A DNA stretch of 64,000 nt from Pseudomonadota bacterium (GCA_023386885.1 JAEWIX010000064.1:103314-167313); one strand, 5' to 3'. Positions 28,981-41,328 are shown, numbered from the stretch's first letter. The notes: generated by a model from the sequence alone, not told the origin. A program made the numbers and translations.

Positions 28981-29772
28981 CTAGAGATTTTCGACGTAAT
29001 TCAATACCGCATCGGCGTGACCATCGACTTTGACATTGCGCCAGATATTGAGCACGCGAGCGTCGGGACCAATCAGAACCGTCGTGCGAATAATTCCCTG
29101 GAAGATTTTGCCATATAACGATTTATCGCCCCAGACGCCGAAGGCATTCAGCACCGCGTGAGCCTCATCGGACAACAGAGGCACGGTCAGTTCGTGCTTG
29201 TCCCGGAAGGTTTCCTGCGCGTGCTGCGGGTCCGCGGAAACCCCGACGACATCCGTGTCGAGGGCCGCGAATGCACCCGACAGACGGGAGAAATCCATCG
29301 CCTCCTTGGTGCAGCCGGGTGTGCTGGCGCGCGGATAGAAGAAGATCACCAGTTTCCGGCCGGCGAACGAATCGAGCGACACCGTCGCGCCGCCGTCGCG
29401 GGGAAGATGGAACGCCGGGACCTTGCTGCCGATCGTCAATCCGGCGCTGACGCGTTCGGGTGCCGAATCGGCACGAGCAGGTTTGACCGGCGACGGTTTG
29501 ACGGTTTTCGGATTCGAAGTGCGGGTCCTGGTTGCGGCCGCCGGCTTCGCAGCTGCCTTGGTGACGCGTTTGGTTTTGCTCGATTTGGCCGGGCTGGACG
29601 TGCGTTTGCTTTCGCTCTTGCCGGTCTTGGCTTTGCGCGCGCCCGTCGTCGAGGACGCTGCCTTGGCTTTCGTGCGGGTTTTCGCGGCTGCTCCGACGAC
29701 CTTTTTGGCGGATGCCTTTGCCTTCGGCCCGACCTTGGGTTTCGAGGCTTTCTTATGCGTTTTCTTGGACAT
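28981..29772 (-). CDS. bcp: Bcp-type peroxiredoxin with a Lys/Ala-rich N-terminal extension
   Basis: C-terminal 155 aa contain 'VIFFYPRASTPGCTKEA'. ATG at 29772 is preceded by AAGGAAGG. The first ~105 aa are K/A/T/S/P low complexity. The track ORF extends to 29844. Confidence 0.8.
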   Translation of the reverse strand: MSKKTHKKASKPKVGPKAKASAKKVVGAAAKTRTKAKAASSTTGARKAKTGKSESKRTSSPAKSSKTKRVTKAAAKPAAATRTRTSNPKTVKPSPVKPARADSAPERVSAGLTIGSKVPAFHLPRDGGATVSLDSFAGRKLVIFFYPRASTPGCTKEAMDFSRLSGAFAALDTDVVGVSADPQHAQETFRDKHELTVPLLSDEAHAVLNAFGVWGDKSLYGKIFQGIIRTTVLIGPDARVLNIWRNVKVDGHADAVLNYVENL

Positions 29773-29973
29773 ACGCCTTCCTTTCGTCGCTTTCGACAGG
29801 TCCATATTGCAAGAGGCACGGCAAGGTGGCGAAATCACCTCCAACCACGTCCTTGCTGCTGGGCAAACCCGTCTGGCCCGCGATATGGTTACTGGGATTC
29901 GACTATACTGTCCGGCGCTTCATGCCTGCACGGCTTGCACGGATTTTAACAGGTTCAACGAGGATTGGCAGTG

Positions 29974-32900
29974 ATGCCGCCGCATCAGCGTTCGTCACGC
30001 AACCCCGCGCGAACGCCTCTCGGCGAGCAAGCCCGTCGTCAACATCAACACCGAGAGGCAATGGCTCGGAAAAGACCGCCCCCGGCGCTGAATTCCCGTG
30101 CCGATGACGAGCTATCGGAGTGGGATGATCGCGATTGGGATTCCCGCCACGACGAAGCGGCGCGTCACCGGGCGCATCGCCTGCTGGGGCGCGGCGGTTC
30201 AGGCGCTGCGGGAATTGGCGGGCGGTTTGTTGCGTTCGGCCGTTGGCTGGTCCGGGCACGCTGGCTACGGCGTCTCGTTGTCACCAGCGTCGTGCTGGGC
30301 GGGCTCTTTGCGATTGCCTTCGCTGGGCTCTGGTGGCGGCTGGGAGCCGGACCGATCAGCCTCGATATGGCGACGCCCTGGCTGATCACAGCGATCGAGG
30401 AGAACATCGGGCCGGGTAACACCGTTGAAATCGGCGGGACCCAGATCGAACGGGCCGGGCGCATCCGTGTCGCTGTCCGTATCCGCGATATCGTCGTTCG
30501 CGATCGCGATCACGCCATCATTGCCAGTGCTCCGAAAGCGGAGGTCAGGTTGTCTGGCACGGCGCTCCTGATGGGGCGGCTGCGTGCCGAGAGCCTCAAG
30601 CTGGTTGATGCCGTGCTCGCCGTGCGCATTACGCCGGATGGCGAGGTTACCGTGTCCACCGGCGATAATGCCCGCCCCATTGCGGCCGGTGCGACGAAGC
30701 CAGCCGGAACGCCGGCATCGAGTGGGGCGCCAGTGCCGCCGAATGTGTCGGTGTCGCCAACGCCCGTGCCAGACGGTGCGCCGACGACAACGCCGGCGAC
30801 TGGCGGCAGCGGGCTTCTGGCCGGACTCGACTGGCTCGACAGTTTGAGCATGACCGGGCTGGACGGCCAGAACCTCAACGAGATCGGCTTGAAGAACGGC
30901 CGTCTCATCGTTGACGACGAGCAGCGCGGCAATCGCTGGAATTTCGAAAACATCAGTCTCACGCTCCGGCGTCCCAGTGCCGGTGGTGTCGTGCTCAGCC
31001 TTGGCGAGGAAGGCGCGCATGCATGGTCGCTTCGGGTGCAGATCGGTGCACCAAATAACGGCGTCCGATCCGTCGATATTCGCGCCAACAAGGTTTCGAC
31101 GCAGAACATCCTGCTGGCGCTGCGGCTCAAGGACCTGAATTACAGCGCCGACCTTCCGCTCACCGGAGAATTGAAGGGCGAGATCGGGCGCGACGGGTTG
31201 CCGACCTACTTCCGCGGCAAAATCGAGGCCGGCAAGGGGACGATCATCGATCACGACACGCCCGACTATCCGATGGCGGTCGATCAGATCGAGGCCAGCG
31301 TCGAGTGGGATGCCGGTCGCCGCGTATTGCTGGCGCCGTTCAAGATTATTTCGGGCGCTAATCGGGTGACCCTGCTGGCGCATCTCGAACCGCCCGGCGA
31401 CGTCGTGCCGGATTGGCAACTGGGTTTCAGCGGCGGCACCATCGTGCTGGCCAGCGTCAACAACGAGCCGCCATTGATTTTCAACCGCATCGCCATCGGC
31501 ATGCGGTTCGATATCACTCACAAGAAGATCATGCTGACTCAGGCCAGCATCAGCAACGGCGAGATCGGCGTCGCGGGCACCGGCGCGCTGGATTATTCCG
31601 GCGAACCGCGCCTGACGCTGGGGTTTGCCGGCACACCGATGTCGGCAACGGCGTTGAAGCGGATGTGGCCGATCATCATCGTGCCCGAGGTGCGCGAATG
31701 GGTCACCGAACGGATCGGTGCCGGATCCTTGCAGCGCATCGACATCGGCGTGAATTCGCCGCTGTTCAATTTGTCACGTGCCGGTCCGCCGATTCCGGAG
31801 GACGGCCTCTCCGTCAATATCGTCGCCAACAATGTCTCGCTGCATCCCGTCGACGAATTGCCGTCGATCCACAACGCCGACCTGCGCGCGCATGTCACCG
31901 GTAGAACCGCCACCGTGACCATCGGGCAAGGGAGCATCGATACGCCGGGCGGGCGCAAGCTGAACGTGTCCGATGCCGTCTTCGAGGTGCCGGACATGGC
32001 GCCGAAGCCGGCGCCGGCACGGGTGAGATTCAAGCTGGACGGCCCGGTCGCGGCCGTTGCGGAAATCCTCGCGTCCGATCGCCTGAGTGAATTCAGCGGG
32101 ACGCCGATCGATCCGAACACAAGCAAGGGAACGGTGAACGCACAGATCGCGCTCGGCTTGCCGATCAAGCGCGAACTGACCAAGGCGGACACGACCTATG
32201 CGATCACCGCCGATGTGACCGGGTTCTCCGCTGATCGTCTGGTGATGAACCAGAAGCTCGAAGCCGCGACGATGAAGATCGTCGCCAACAATCAGGGTTA
32301 TCAGGTCAAGGGCGACGTCCGGATCAATGGTCAACCAGCCTCGCTCGACTATCGCAAGCTGAGCACCGGTGATGCCGAAGTCAAACTGCAGGCGACCCTC
32401 GACGATGCCAGTCGCGCGCGTCTGGGCTTCGATCTCGGCGCGGGCGCGAGCGGCCCGGTCGGCGTCAAGCTGGCTGGCAGGATCGGCAGTTCCGAGCGCG
32501 ACAGCAAGATTGCGATCGACGCGGATCTGACCGGGCTCAAGCTCGACAATCTGCTGCCGGGCTGGACCAAGCCTTCCGGAAAAGCCGGCCGTGCCACCTT
32601 CAACCTCGTGCAGAAACCGCAATCGACGCGGCTGGAAGACATTGTTATCGACGGCGGCGGCGCATCCATCAAGGGTGCGCTGGAGGTCGATCAGAGTGGG
32701 GACCTGATCAACGCCAGTTTTCCAACCTACTCGCCGTCCGAAGGCGACAAGGCTTCGCTCCGGGCCGAGCGCGGAAATGACGGCGTCATCAAGGTCGTGA
32801 TGCGCGGCGAAGTTTTCGATGGCCGTCACTTCATCAAGTCGGCGATGTCCGGCAAGGAATCCGACACCAAGAGCAAATCCAAGAGCCTCGATTTCGATCT

Positions 32901-33675
32901 CGATCTGAAACTGGGCGCGGTGGCGGGCTTTTACGGTGAAGCCGTACGCGGCATCGATCTGAAGATGTCGCGGAAGAATGGTGCCATTCGCACGTTTACG
33001 CTGAACGGCAAGCTGGGCCGGGACACGCCACTGACCGCCGACTTGCGCCGTCCTGCACAGGGCCGCGAGGTGATCTTCCTGGAAACCAACGATGCCGGTG
33101 CGTTCTTCCGCTTCACCGACACCTACGGCAAGATGGTGGGCGGTCAGCTTCAATTGGCGATGGAGCCGCCGACGTCCGAAGCACGGGCCAAGGAGGGTTT
33201 GCTGAACGTCCGCAATTTCTCTGTCAAAGGCGAGGCGAAACTCGACGAGGTGGCCGGTCTGCCGGCCAATGGTGGGCGCTCCGGCGTGGCTTTCTCACGG
33301 CTGCGTGCCGAATTCACCCGGAACGCCGGACGGCTCACTGTTCGCGAAGGTGTAGTCAAGGGACCGACCGTCGGTGCGACTATGGAAGGCAGCATCGACT
33401 ATCAGGCCAACCAGGTGCGAATGAGCGGTACCTTCGTTCCGCTTTACGGCCTCAACAATATGTTCGGACAAATTCCGCTGTTCGGCATGCTGCTCGGCGG
33501 CAGCAACGAGGGGCTGATCGGAATCACTTACGAGGTAGTCGGCTCGCCCGGCAAGCCCGATCTGCGTGTCAATCCGATCTCGGTCATGGCGCCGGGTGTG
33601 TTGCGCAAGGTATTCGAGTTCAATACCGGACGTCAGAACAACAACCCGGTCGAGCTTCCCTCGCCAAACAACTGA
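29974..33675 (+). CDS. AsmA-like / DUF3971-type giant envelope protein
   Basis: About 1230 aa. N-terminal TM ('LVVTSVVLGGLFAIAFAGLWW'), a long beta-rich body, and a C-terminal 'GLIGITYEVVGSPGKPDLRVNPIS' AsmA-like end. ATG at 29974 follows GAGGA (the track uses TTG at 29965). Confidence 0.7.
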   Translation: MPPHQRSSRNPARTPLGEQARRQHQHREAMARKRPPPALNSRADDELSEWDDRDWDSRHDEAARHRAHRLLGRGGSGAAGIGGRFVAFGRWLVRARWLRRLVVTSVVLGGLFAIAFAGLWWRLGAGPISLDMATPWLITAIEENIGPGNTVEIGGTQIERAGRIRVAVRIRDIVVRDRDHAIIASAPKAEVRLSGTALLMGRLRAESLKLVDAVLAVRITPDGEVTVSTGDNARPIAAGATKPAGTPASSGAPVPPNVSVSPTPVPDGAPTTTPATGGSGLLAGLDWLDSLSMTGLDGQNLNEIGLKNGRLIVDDEQRGNRWNFENISLTLRRPSAGGVVLSLGEEGAHAWSLRVQIGAPNNGVRSVDIRANKVSTQNILLALRLKDLNYSADLPLTGELKGEIGRDGLPTYFRGKIEAGKGTIIDHDTPDYPMAVDQIEASVEWDAGRRVLLAPFKIISGANRVTLLAHLEPPGDVVPDWQLGFSGGTIVLASVNNEPPLIFNRIAIGMRFDITHKKIMLTQASISNGEIGVAGTGALDYSGEPRLTLGFAGTPMSATALKRMWPIIIVPEVREWVTERIGAGSLQRIDIGVNSPLFNLSRAGPPIPEDGLSVNIVANNVSLHPVDELPSIHNADLRAHVTGRTATVTIGQGSIDTPGGRKLNVSDAVFEVPDMAPKPAPARVRFKLDGPVAAVAEILASDRLSEFSGTPIDPNTSKGTVNAQIALGLPIKRELTKADTTYAITADVTGFSADRLVMNQKLEAATMKIVANNQGYQVKGDVRINGQPASLDYRKLSTGDAEVKLQATLDDASRARLGFDLGAGASGPVGVKLAGRIGSSERDSKIAIDADLTGLKLDNLLPGWTKPSGKAGRATFNLVQKPQSTRLEDIVIDGGGASIKGALEVDQSGDLINASFPTYSPSEGDKASLRAERGNDGVIKVVMRGEVFDGRHFIKSAMSGKESDTKSKSKSLDFDLDLKLGAVAGFYGEAVRGIDLKMSRKNGAIRTFTLNGKLGRDTPLTADLRRPAQGREVIFLETNDAGAFFRFTDTYGKMVGGQLQLAMEPPTSEARAKEGLLNVRNFSVKGEAKLDEVAGLPANGGRSGVAFSRLRAEFTRNAGRLTVREGVVKGPTVGATMEGSIDYQANQVRMSGTFVPLYGLNNMFGQIPLFGMLLGGSNEGLIGITYEVVGSPGKPDLRVNPISVMAPGVLRKVFEFNTGRQNNNPVELPSPNN

Positions 33676-33703
33676 ACGCTTGCAGTTGTCACGCCGCGTT
33701 TGG

Positions 33704-34975
33704 CTACTCGCGCAGCGCGCGCACCGTGAGAAACGGGATCATGCCGAGCAGCACGTTCACCAGCGCGAAGGCGATGACCAGATCGTAGCTGTGGCTCCAA
33801 TCGTGAATGAGACCGCCGATCAAAGCGCCGAGCGCGGAGCCAAGTCCGCTCCCGATCGAGATCGTTCCGAAGATCGTACCGACGCGCTTACCGTGGAAAA
33901 TATTGATGGCAGCCGCGGTGATGAGCGGGCCGCGTGATCCGATGGTGCTGCCGAAACACACCAGAAATCCGCCAAGCAGCCACAGATTGGGGAAACGGCT
34001 CAGCAACCAGAGGCAGACGATGCCGAGAGTGGTCAGCCCATAACTGAACAGGATGGCACGTCGACGGCCGATGAGAGTATCGAGCCAGCTCACCGTCAGC
34101 ATTCCGATCACCAGCACCACGCCGCTCAATCCCCACGCGGAGGCAGCTTGCAGGGGAGGAAATCCGGATTCGATCAGATAGGCGACGACCTGCACGCCGA
34201 TGGTGTAGACGCCGATCGCCGTGAAGAAGAAGGTGCTGAACAGCGCCCAGAAGGCGTGATGGCGCATTGCGCTCAGTAAGGTCCACTCGATCCCGTTGAT
34301 GGTTGTGGCCTGCGTCGTCACGACCTTCACTGCCGCCGCATCGGGTGCCCGGACGGCTTCCTTGGCAATGCGCCGCCACGGCAAAAGCACCAGCGGTATC
34401 AGCAGCGTCAGCAAGACGCCGCCCAACAAATGATAGCTGTTGCGCCATCCGAAATGGTCGATCAGGATTTGCGACAGCGGTACCAGCGTCAGCACGCCGG
34501 CCCCGTTGGCCGAATAGACGATCGCCATTGCGGTCGGCAGCCGGTTGCCGAACCAGCGCCCTAGCAGCAACGAACTCGGGACGTTGCTGAGACAGGCCAT
34601 TCCGAGCCCGACCGCAAAGCCCATACATGCCTGCAATTGCCAGAGCGAATTTGCAACCGCCCCGAGCGATACGCCGGAGCCGAGCAGCAACAGGCCAAGA
34701 CCGTAGACGGCGCGCGGACCGGAGAAATCGAACAGGCGTCCGACGAACGGCGACGACAGGCCCATCGAAAGCGAGGCCAGCGCATAGATCGAAATGACGT
34801 CGGCACGCGCCCAGCCGAAGTCGTTCGAGATGGGCAGCAGGAAGACCGTGAAGGTTTCCCCCATGCCACGGCCGAGTAGCGCCAAGGCGAAGCAGAGGCT
34901 CAAAACGGCCCATGCGGCGCGGGCCGGTTTGAGCGAAGCGAGGTCGGTGGGGAGAGGAGACGATTCAGCGGCCAT
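33704..34975 (-). CDS. MFS transporter
   Basis: 423 aa, about 12 predicted TM helices, typical MFS loop motifs. Confidence 0.8.
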   Translation of the reverse strand: MAAESSPLPTDLASLKPARAAWAVLSLCFALALLGRGMGETFTVFLLPISNDFGWARADVISIYALASLSMGLSSPFVGRLFDFSGPRAVYGLGLLLLGSGVSLGAVANSLWQLQACMGFAVGLGMACLSNVPSSLLLGRWFGNRLPTAMAIVYSANGAGVLTLVPLSQILIDHFGWRNSYHLLGGVLLTLLIPLVLLPWRRIAKEAVRAPDAAAVKVVTTQATTINGIEWTLLSAMRHHAFWALFSTFFFTAIGVYTIGVQVVAYLIESGFPPLQAASAWGLSGVVLVIGMLTVSWLDTLIGRRRAILFSYGLTTLGIVCLWLLSRFPNLWLLGGFLVCFGSTIGSRGPLITAAAINIFHGKRVGTIFGTISIGSGLGSALGALIGGLIHDWSHSYDLVIAFALVNVLLGMIPFLTVRALRE

Positions 34976-35031
34976 GGTCCTCCATGGAGCGCATTTCGCC
35001 CATGGAGGACAACGTCGTTCTGCGAATAGGC

Positions 35032-36285
35032 CTATGCGATCTTGAGCAGGACGTGGCGCTTCTTGCCCATCGACAGCTTGATGACGCCGTCCGGAGTCAA
35101 ATTGGCGCCGGTCAGCATCACCTTGTCATCGCTGACTGCCACGTCGTTGACGCGCAGGCCTCCGCCCTTGATCTGTCGACGCGCTTCGCCGTTGGAGGCG
35201 ACGAGCCCCGCGCGCACGAAAGCGCCCAGCACGCCGATGCCCTCATTCAATTCGCTCGCGGATATCTCGACGGTCGGCAGATCGTTGGCGATGGCGCCTT
35301 CCTCGAACGTCTTGCGCGCCGTCTCGGAGGCAGCCTCCGCCTGCGCACGACCGTGGATCAGCGCAGTCGCTTCGGTTGCCAGCACCTTCTTCGCCTCGTT
35401 GATTTCCTGGCCCTGCAACGCGGCGAGGCGCGCGACCTCATCCAGCGGCAACGTGGTGAACAACTTGAGGAAGCGTTCGACGTCGGCATCCTCCGTGTTG
35501 CGCCAGTATTGCCAGTAATCGTAGGGGCTCAGCATATCGGCGTTGAGCCACACCGCGCCGGCTGCTGTCTTTCCCATCTTGGCGCCGGAGGCGGTGGTCA
35601 GCAGCGGGCAGGTGAGCGCATGGAGTTGATGCGTGCCCATGCGGCGGCCGAGATCGATGCCGTTGACGATGTTGCCCCACTGATCGGAGCCGCCCATCTG
35701 CAGGTTGCAGCCGTAGCGCCTGGCCAGTTCGACGTAGTCGTAGGACTGCAGGATCATGTAGTTGAATTCGATGAAGGACAGTTCCTGCTCGCGCTCGAGC
35801 CGCATCCGCACCGAATCCATCGTCAACATGCGATTGATCGAGAAGTGGCGGCCGACGTCGCGCAGCATCTCGATGTAGTTGAGCTTCGCCAGCCACTCGG
35901 CGTTGTCCACCATCAGCGCGTCGGTCTTGCCGGCGCCGAAGGCGATGAACTTGGAGAACACGCCCTTGATGGATTCTTTATTGGCGTTGATCTGATCGTA
36001 GGTCAGCAGCTTGCGGGTTTCGTCGCGCCCGGAGGGGTCACCGACACGCGTGGTGCCGCCGCCCATCAACGCGATCGGCTTGTTGCCGCTCTTTTGCAGC
36101 CAATGCAGGATCATGATCGACAGCAGATGGCCGATGTGCAGCGACGGCGCCGTGCAGTCATAACCGACATAGGCGATGGCTTCGCCCTTGGCGGCCAGGG
36201 CATCGAGGCTCTCCGGGTCCGAAATCTGGTGGATGAAGCCGCGCTGCTGGAGCACGTTAAGAAAATCCGATTTAAATGCCGTCAT
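35032..36285 (-). CDS. tyrS: tyrosine--tRNA ligase
   Basis: 'HIGHL' and 'KMGKT' class-I signatures. C-terminal S4-like domain. Confidence 0.95.
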   Translation of the reverse strand: MTAFKSDFLNVLQQRGFIHQISDPESLDALAAKGEAIAYVGYDCTAPSLHIGHLLSIMILHWLQKSGNKPIALMGGGTTRVGDPSGRDETRKLLTYDQINANKESIKGVFSKFIAFGAGKTDALMVDNAEWLAKLNYIEMLRDVGRHFSINRMLTMDSVRMRLEREQELSFIEFNYMILQSYDYVELARRYGCNLQMGGSDQWGNIVNGIDLGRRMGTHQLHALTCPLLTTASGAKMGKTAAGAVWLNADMLSPYDYWQYWRNTEDADVERFLKLFTTLPLDEVARLAALQGQEINEAKKVLATEATALIHGRAQAEAASETARKTFEEGAIANDLPTVEISASELNEGIGVLGAFVRAGLVASNGEARRQIKGGGLRVNDVAVSDDKVMLTGANLTPDGVIKLSMGKKRHVLLKIA

Positions 36286-36446
36286 GGTCTGGAACTCGGG
36301 TCGGTCTTTTGGTGACTCTGTCGCGCAAGGATGCCGCGAGGAGGGCCGGCGTGCTGCCGGAGCCGGGATATGACGTGGGATTATAAGATGCGGCTGTCCG
36401 AGACAAGTTGGACGTCCTCCCGGGCGCTCCCGAAAGTGGCACGGCG

Positions 36447-37550
36447 ATGACGTTGCAAGCGATCGGCATGATGAGCGGCACCTCGCTGGATGGGGTCGAT
36501 GTCGCGCTGATCAAGACCGACGGCGAGCAAATCGCCGGCTTCGGGCCGTCCGGCTATCGCCCCTACACCGAAGCCGAGCGGGCGATCCTGCGTCAGGCGC
36601 TGGCGGAGGCAGCGATCCTGTCCGACCGTGACGTCCGGCCGGGCATTCTTGCCGAGGCCGAGCGGGTAGTGACCACGGCGCATGCCGAAGCTGTCGCATC
36701 CTTCACGGCCCAGCACGGCATCGTGCGCGAGGACATCGATATCGTCGGCTTCCATGGCCAGACCGTACTGCATCGGCCGGAGCAACGATTGACCGTTCAG
36801 ATCGGCGATGCGGCAGCGCTCGCCAAGGCCATTCGCATCCCGGTGATGCACGATTTCAGGGCCGCCGACGTGGCTGCCGGCGGGCAGGGCGCGCCGCTCG
36901 TGCCGGTCTATCACCGGGCGCTGGCGCAGTCGCTTGAGCGCGAGGGACCAGTCGTTCTGGTCAACATCGGCGGCGTGTCGAACATCACCTACATCGATGG
37001 AGCGGACACGCTGATCGCCTGCGACACCGGGCCGGGCAATGCCTTGCTGGACGACTTCATGTTGCGCGCCACGGGTCGACCGTTCGATGACGAGGGCCGT
37101 CTGGCAGGACAGGGCATGGTTGATGAGGCTTGGCTGGCCGCCAGCTTGCGGCATTCGTTCTTCGCGAAACCGCCGCCGAAATCGCTGGATCGCAACGACT
37201 TCGCGACACTTCGTCTGGACAACTCCGCTGACGCCGATGGCGCAGCCACCCTGACCGCCTTCACTGCCGCCAGCATCGCGGCCATCGTGCCGCTGCTGCC
37301 GAAGCCGCCGCGAAGCTGGATCGTGGTCGGCGGCGGCGCGCGCAACCTGACACTATTACGGATGCTGCGGGAGCGCCTCGCACCGGCAACGGTGGAGACG
37401 GGGGATCAACTCGGCTGGTCGTCCGATGCCATCGAGGCGCAGGCGTTCGGCTATCTGGCCGCGCGAAGTCTCAAGGGCCTGCCGCTGAGCTACCCAGCCA
37501 CTACCGGCGTCCCGATGCCGATGACGGGCGGTATTCTGACGCGGCCCTGA
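36447..37550 (+). CDS. anmK: anhydro-N-acetylmuramic acid kinase
   Basis: '[13 protein letters not shown]' N-terminus typical of AnmK. Start moved to '[11 protein letters not shown]'. Confidence 0.9.
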   Translation: MTLQAIGMMSGTSLDGVDVALIKTDGEQIAGFGPSGYRPYTEAERAILRQALAEAAILSDRDVRPGILAEAERVVTTAHAEAVASFTAQHGIVREDIDIVGFHGQTVLHRPEQRLTVQIGDAAALAKAIRIPVMHDFRAADVAAGGQGAPLVPVYHRALAQSLEREGPVVLVNIGGVSNITYIDGADTLIACDTGPGNALLDDFMLRATGRPFDDEGRLAGQGMVDEAWLAASLRHSFFAKPPPKSLDRNDFATLRLDNSADADGAATLTAFTAASIAAIVPLLPKPPRSWIVVGGGARNLTLLRMLRERLAPATVETGDQLGWSSDAIEAQAFGYLAARSLKGLPLSYPATTGVPMPMTGGILTRP

Positions 37551-37563
37551 GCGACAAACCGCG

Positions 37564-38211
37564 TCAGCGGATATTGGCGAGCCGCATGTCGAGATAGCTG
37601 GTGACCGATTCCATCAGCGGCTCCAGCTTGCCGTCGAAGAAGTGGTTGGCGCCCGGGATGACCTGATGGTCGATCACGATGCCCTTCTGCGACTTGAGTT
37701 TGTCGACCAGCGCATTGACGTCCTTCGACGGCACCACCGCATCCTTCTCGCCGTGAACGATCAGGCCTGACGAGGGGCATGGCGCGAGGAACGAGAAATC
37801 GTAGAGGTTGGCGGGCGGCGCGATGGAGATGAAGCCTTCGACCTCCGGCCGTCGCATCAGCAGTTGCATGCCGATCCAGGCGCCGAACGAGAACCCCGTG
37901 ACCCAGCAGGCACGCGCTTCCGGATTGATGGTCTGCGCCCAATCCAGCGCCGACGCCGCATCCGACAGTTCGCCGGTACCGTGATCGAACGATCCCTGAC
38001 TGCGGCCGACACCGCGGAAGTTGAAGCGCAGCACCGAAAAGCCGCGATGCACAAAGGCGTAGTAGCACTGATAGATGATCTGGTGATTCATCGTGCCGTG
38101 GAACTGCGGGTGCGGATGCAGCACCATCGCAATCGGCGCGTTTTTCTGCTTCGCCGGATGATAGCGGCCTTCGAGACGGCCGGCGGGACCGGTGAAAATA
38201 ACTTCAGGCAT
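37564..38211 (-). CDS. small alpha/beta hydrolase
   Basis: 215 aa from 'MPEVIFTGPAGRLEG', nucleophile elbow 'GFSFGAW'. The rest of the 452-aa track ORF runs antisense into the nifS-like gene and is not credible. Confidence 0.75.
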   Translation of the reverse strand: MPEVIFTGPAGRLEGRYHPAKQKNAPIAMVLHPHPQFHGTMNHQIIYQCYYAFVHRGFSVLRFNFRGVGRSQGSFDHGTGELSDAASALDWAQTINPEARACWVTGFSFGAWIGMQLLMRRPEVEGFISIAPPANLYDFSFLAPCPSSGLIVHGEKDAVVPSKDVNALVDKLKSQKGIVIDHQVIPGANHFFDGKLEPLMESVTSYLDMRLANIR

Positions 38212-38523
38212 CCGTGTTCCTTCGTGATTCTGGAATGGGCGGCCGCGGTGTGAACACGCGAGACGCCGCCGGCCGCTTACTCGGTGCATACCGCCTGGGA
38301 CGGACAGGGAAGGTACGCGCCGGCATTCGGGCGATGGCGTTCTACCATGGGGCAAGGGGCAAAAAGCAAGCATCTTGACCGCGATCACGTGTCGGAGCGG
38401 CGTCATTCGGACCAGACCGACAGCAAGATTGGCCGCAATATCGGTCGCAATATGCTTTAAGATGGGCGAACCGGCGCGGACTTTGTCACAGAGGCCGCTG
38501 CTCGCAAGGAACCAACCGACGTT

Positions 38524-39690
38524 ATGAAGCCGCGCATCTATCTCGACTGGAACGCCACTACTCCGCTGCGCCCCGAAGCGCGCGATGCGGTTGTGGCAGC
38601 GCTTGATCTCTGCGGCAATCCGTCCTCGGTGCATGGGGAAGGGCGGCAGGCGCGCAAAATCCTGCAGGATGCCCGGATCGCCGTTGCGGCAAGCGTAGGT
38701 GCCAATCCGGAGGAAGTCGTCTTTACGTCGGGTGCGACCGAATCCAATGCGCTGGCACTCGCTCTGGGGGTGCATCGAACGGGGATGCAGCCGGCGGAGC
38801 GCCTGATCGTATCGGCGGTCGAGCATTCGTCGGTGCTTTCCGGGGGCCGGTTTCCTCTGGATCGCATTGAGCTTGCGCCGGTCGACCAGTCCGGCGTGAT
38901 CGATTTGGCGCGGCTGGAGCAAATGTTGGCGGGCAAGTCACCGACGCTTGTATCTGTGATGCTGGCCAACAACGAGAGTGGAGCTATTCAGCCTATCCGT
39001 GATGTGGCCGATCTGGTTGATGCGTCGGGCGGCGTGCTGCATGTCGACGCGGTCGCCGCATTTGGAAAAATAGATATTAACTTCAAAGAATTGAAATGCG
39101 ATCTTCTATCAATTTCCGCACACAAGATCGGCGGACCGAAAGGTGTCGGGGCGCTCGTTGTGGATGGCGGGTTGCTTGGATTGGAACCGGAATTGAAAGG
39201 CGGCGGACAGGAGAAGGGGCGTCGCGCCGGCACGGAAAACCTGCCCGGCATTGCTGGGTTCGGTGCCGCAGCAAAGGTTTTGGGGGCCACCTGGGACCGG
39301 GATGCCAGCCACTGCCGCGCCTTGCGGGAGCGACTGGAAACCGGGCTGAAGCAGATCGACGGAACGATCGTCTTTTCCGAGGATGTGTCGAGGTTGCCGA
39401 ATACCACCTTGTTCACAATCCCTGGTCTTCATGCCGAAACAGCGGTGATCGGATTCGACCTCGAGGGGGTCGCGGTGTCGTCCGGCTCGGCGTGTTCGTC
39501 CGGAAAGGTGCAACCATCGCATGTACTCGAGGCCATGCACATGAGCCCGGAGACGGTGCGCGGCGGGGTTCGCATCAGCCTCGGCTGGAAAACAACGGAA
39601 AATGATATCGATCGCGCAGTTGAGGCTTGGCGAAAGCTCGCCGGGACCCTAGTTAAAAGGAACGATGAAACAGTGCTTGAACGATTCTAA
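38524..39690 (+). CDS. NifS/IscS-like cysteine desulfurase (class V aminotransferase)
   Basis: 388 aa. PLP lysine context 'SISAHKIGGPKGVGAL', active-site Cys 'SSGSACSSG'. Confidence 0.85.
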   Translation: MKPRIYLDWNATTPLRPEARDAVVAALDLCGNPSSVHGEGRQARKILQDARIAVAASVGANPEEVVFTSGATESNALALALGVHRTGMQPAERLIVSAVEHSSVLSGGRFPLDRIELAPVDQSGVIDLARLEQMLAGKSPTLVSVMLANNESGAIQPIRDVADLVDASGGVLHVDAVAAFGKIDINFKELKCDLLSISAHKIGGPKGVGALVVDGGLLGLEPELKGGGQEKGRRAGTENLPGIAGFGAAAKVLGATWDRDASHCRALRERLETGLKQIDGTIVFSEDVSRLPNTTLFTIPGLHAETAVIGFDLEGVAVSSGSACSSGKVQPSHVLEAMHMSPETVRGGVRISLGWKTTENDIDRAVEAWRKLAGTLVKRNDETVLERF

Positions 39691-39824
39691 GCGACGTGGT
39701 TTCATTGGAAATAAGCTGAAAACGCGCTGGTCTTGCGTCCGAAACCCGGGCGATTTCGCGACATCGTCGCCACCAGTGCTTATGTAGTCCACCGCGGTCC
39801 TTGAAACCGTGAGCGGAGGTTAGA

Positions 39825-41324
<1,500 letters not shown>

Positions 41325-41328
41325 TCCT

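Noticed and set aside
36286-36446. Riboswitch or T-box type leaders upstream of tyrS (and likewise upstream of metG, 55490-55528)
   Set aside because: The spacers are short (161 and 39 bp) and show no specifier or T-box-like conserved sequence. T-boxes are also not expected in alphaproteobacteria.
38212-38922. N-terminal 237 codons of the 452-aa ORF 37564..38922
   Set aside because: Only the last 215 codons (from 'MPEVIFTG', ATG at 38211) look like an alpha/beta hydrolase. The upstream part runs through an intergenic region and antisense into the nifS-like gene. Similar over-extended track ORFs were trimmed for accB, the M48 protease, rne, holB, tmk, tatD, the CoA-transferase, dctP, anmK, sufC, the epoxide-hydrolase-like gene and bcp.
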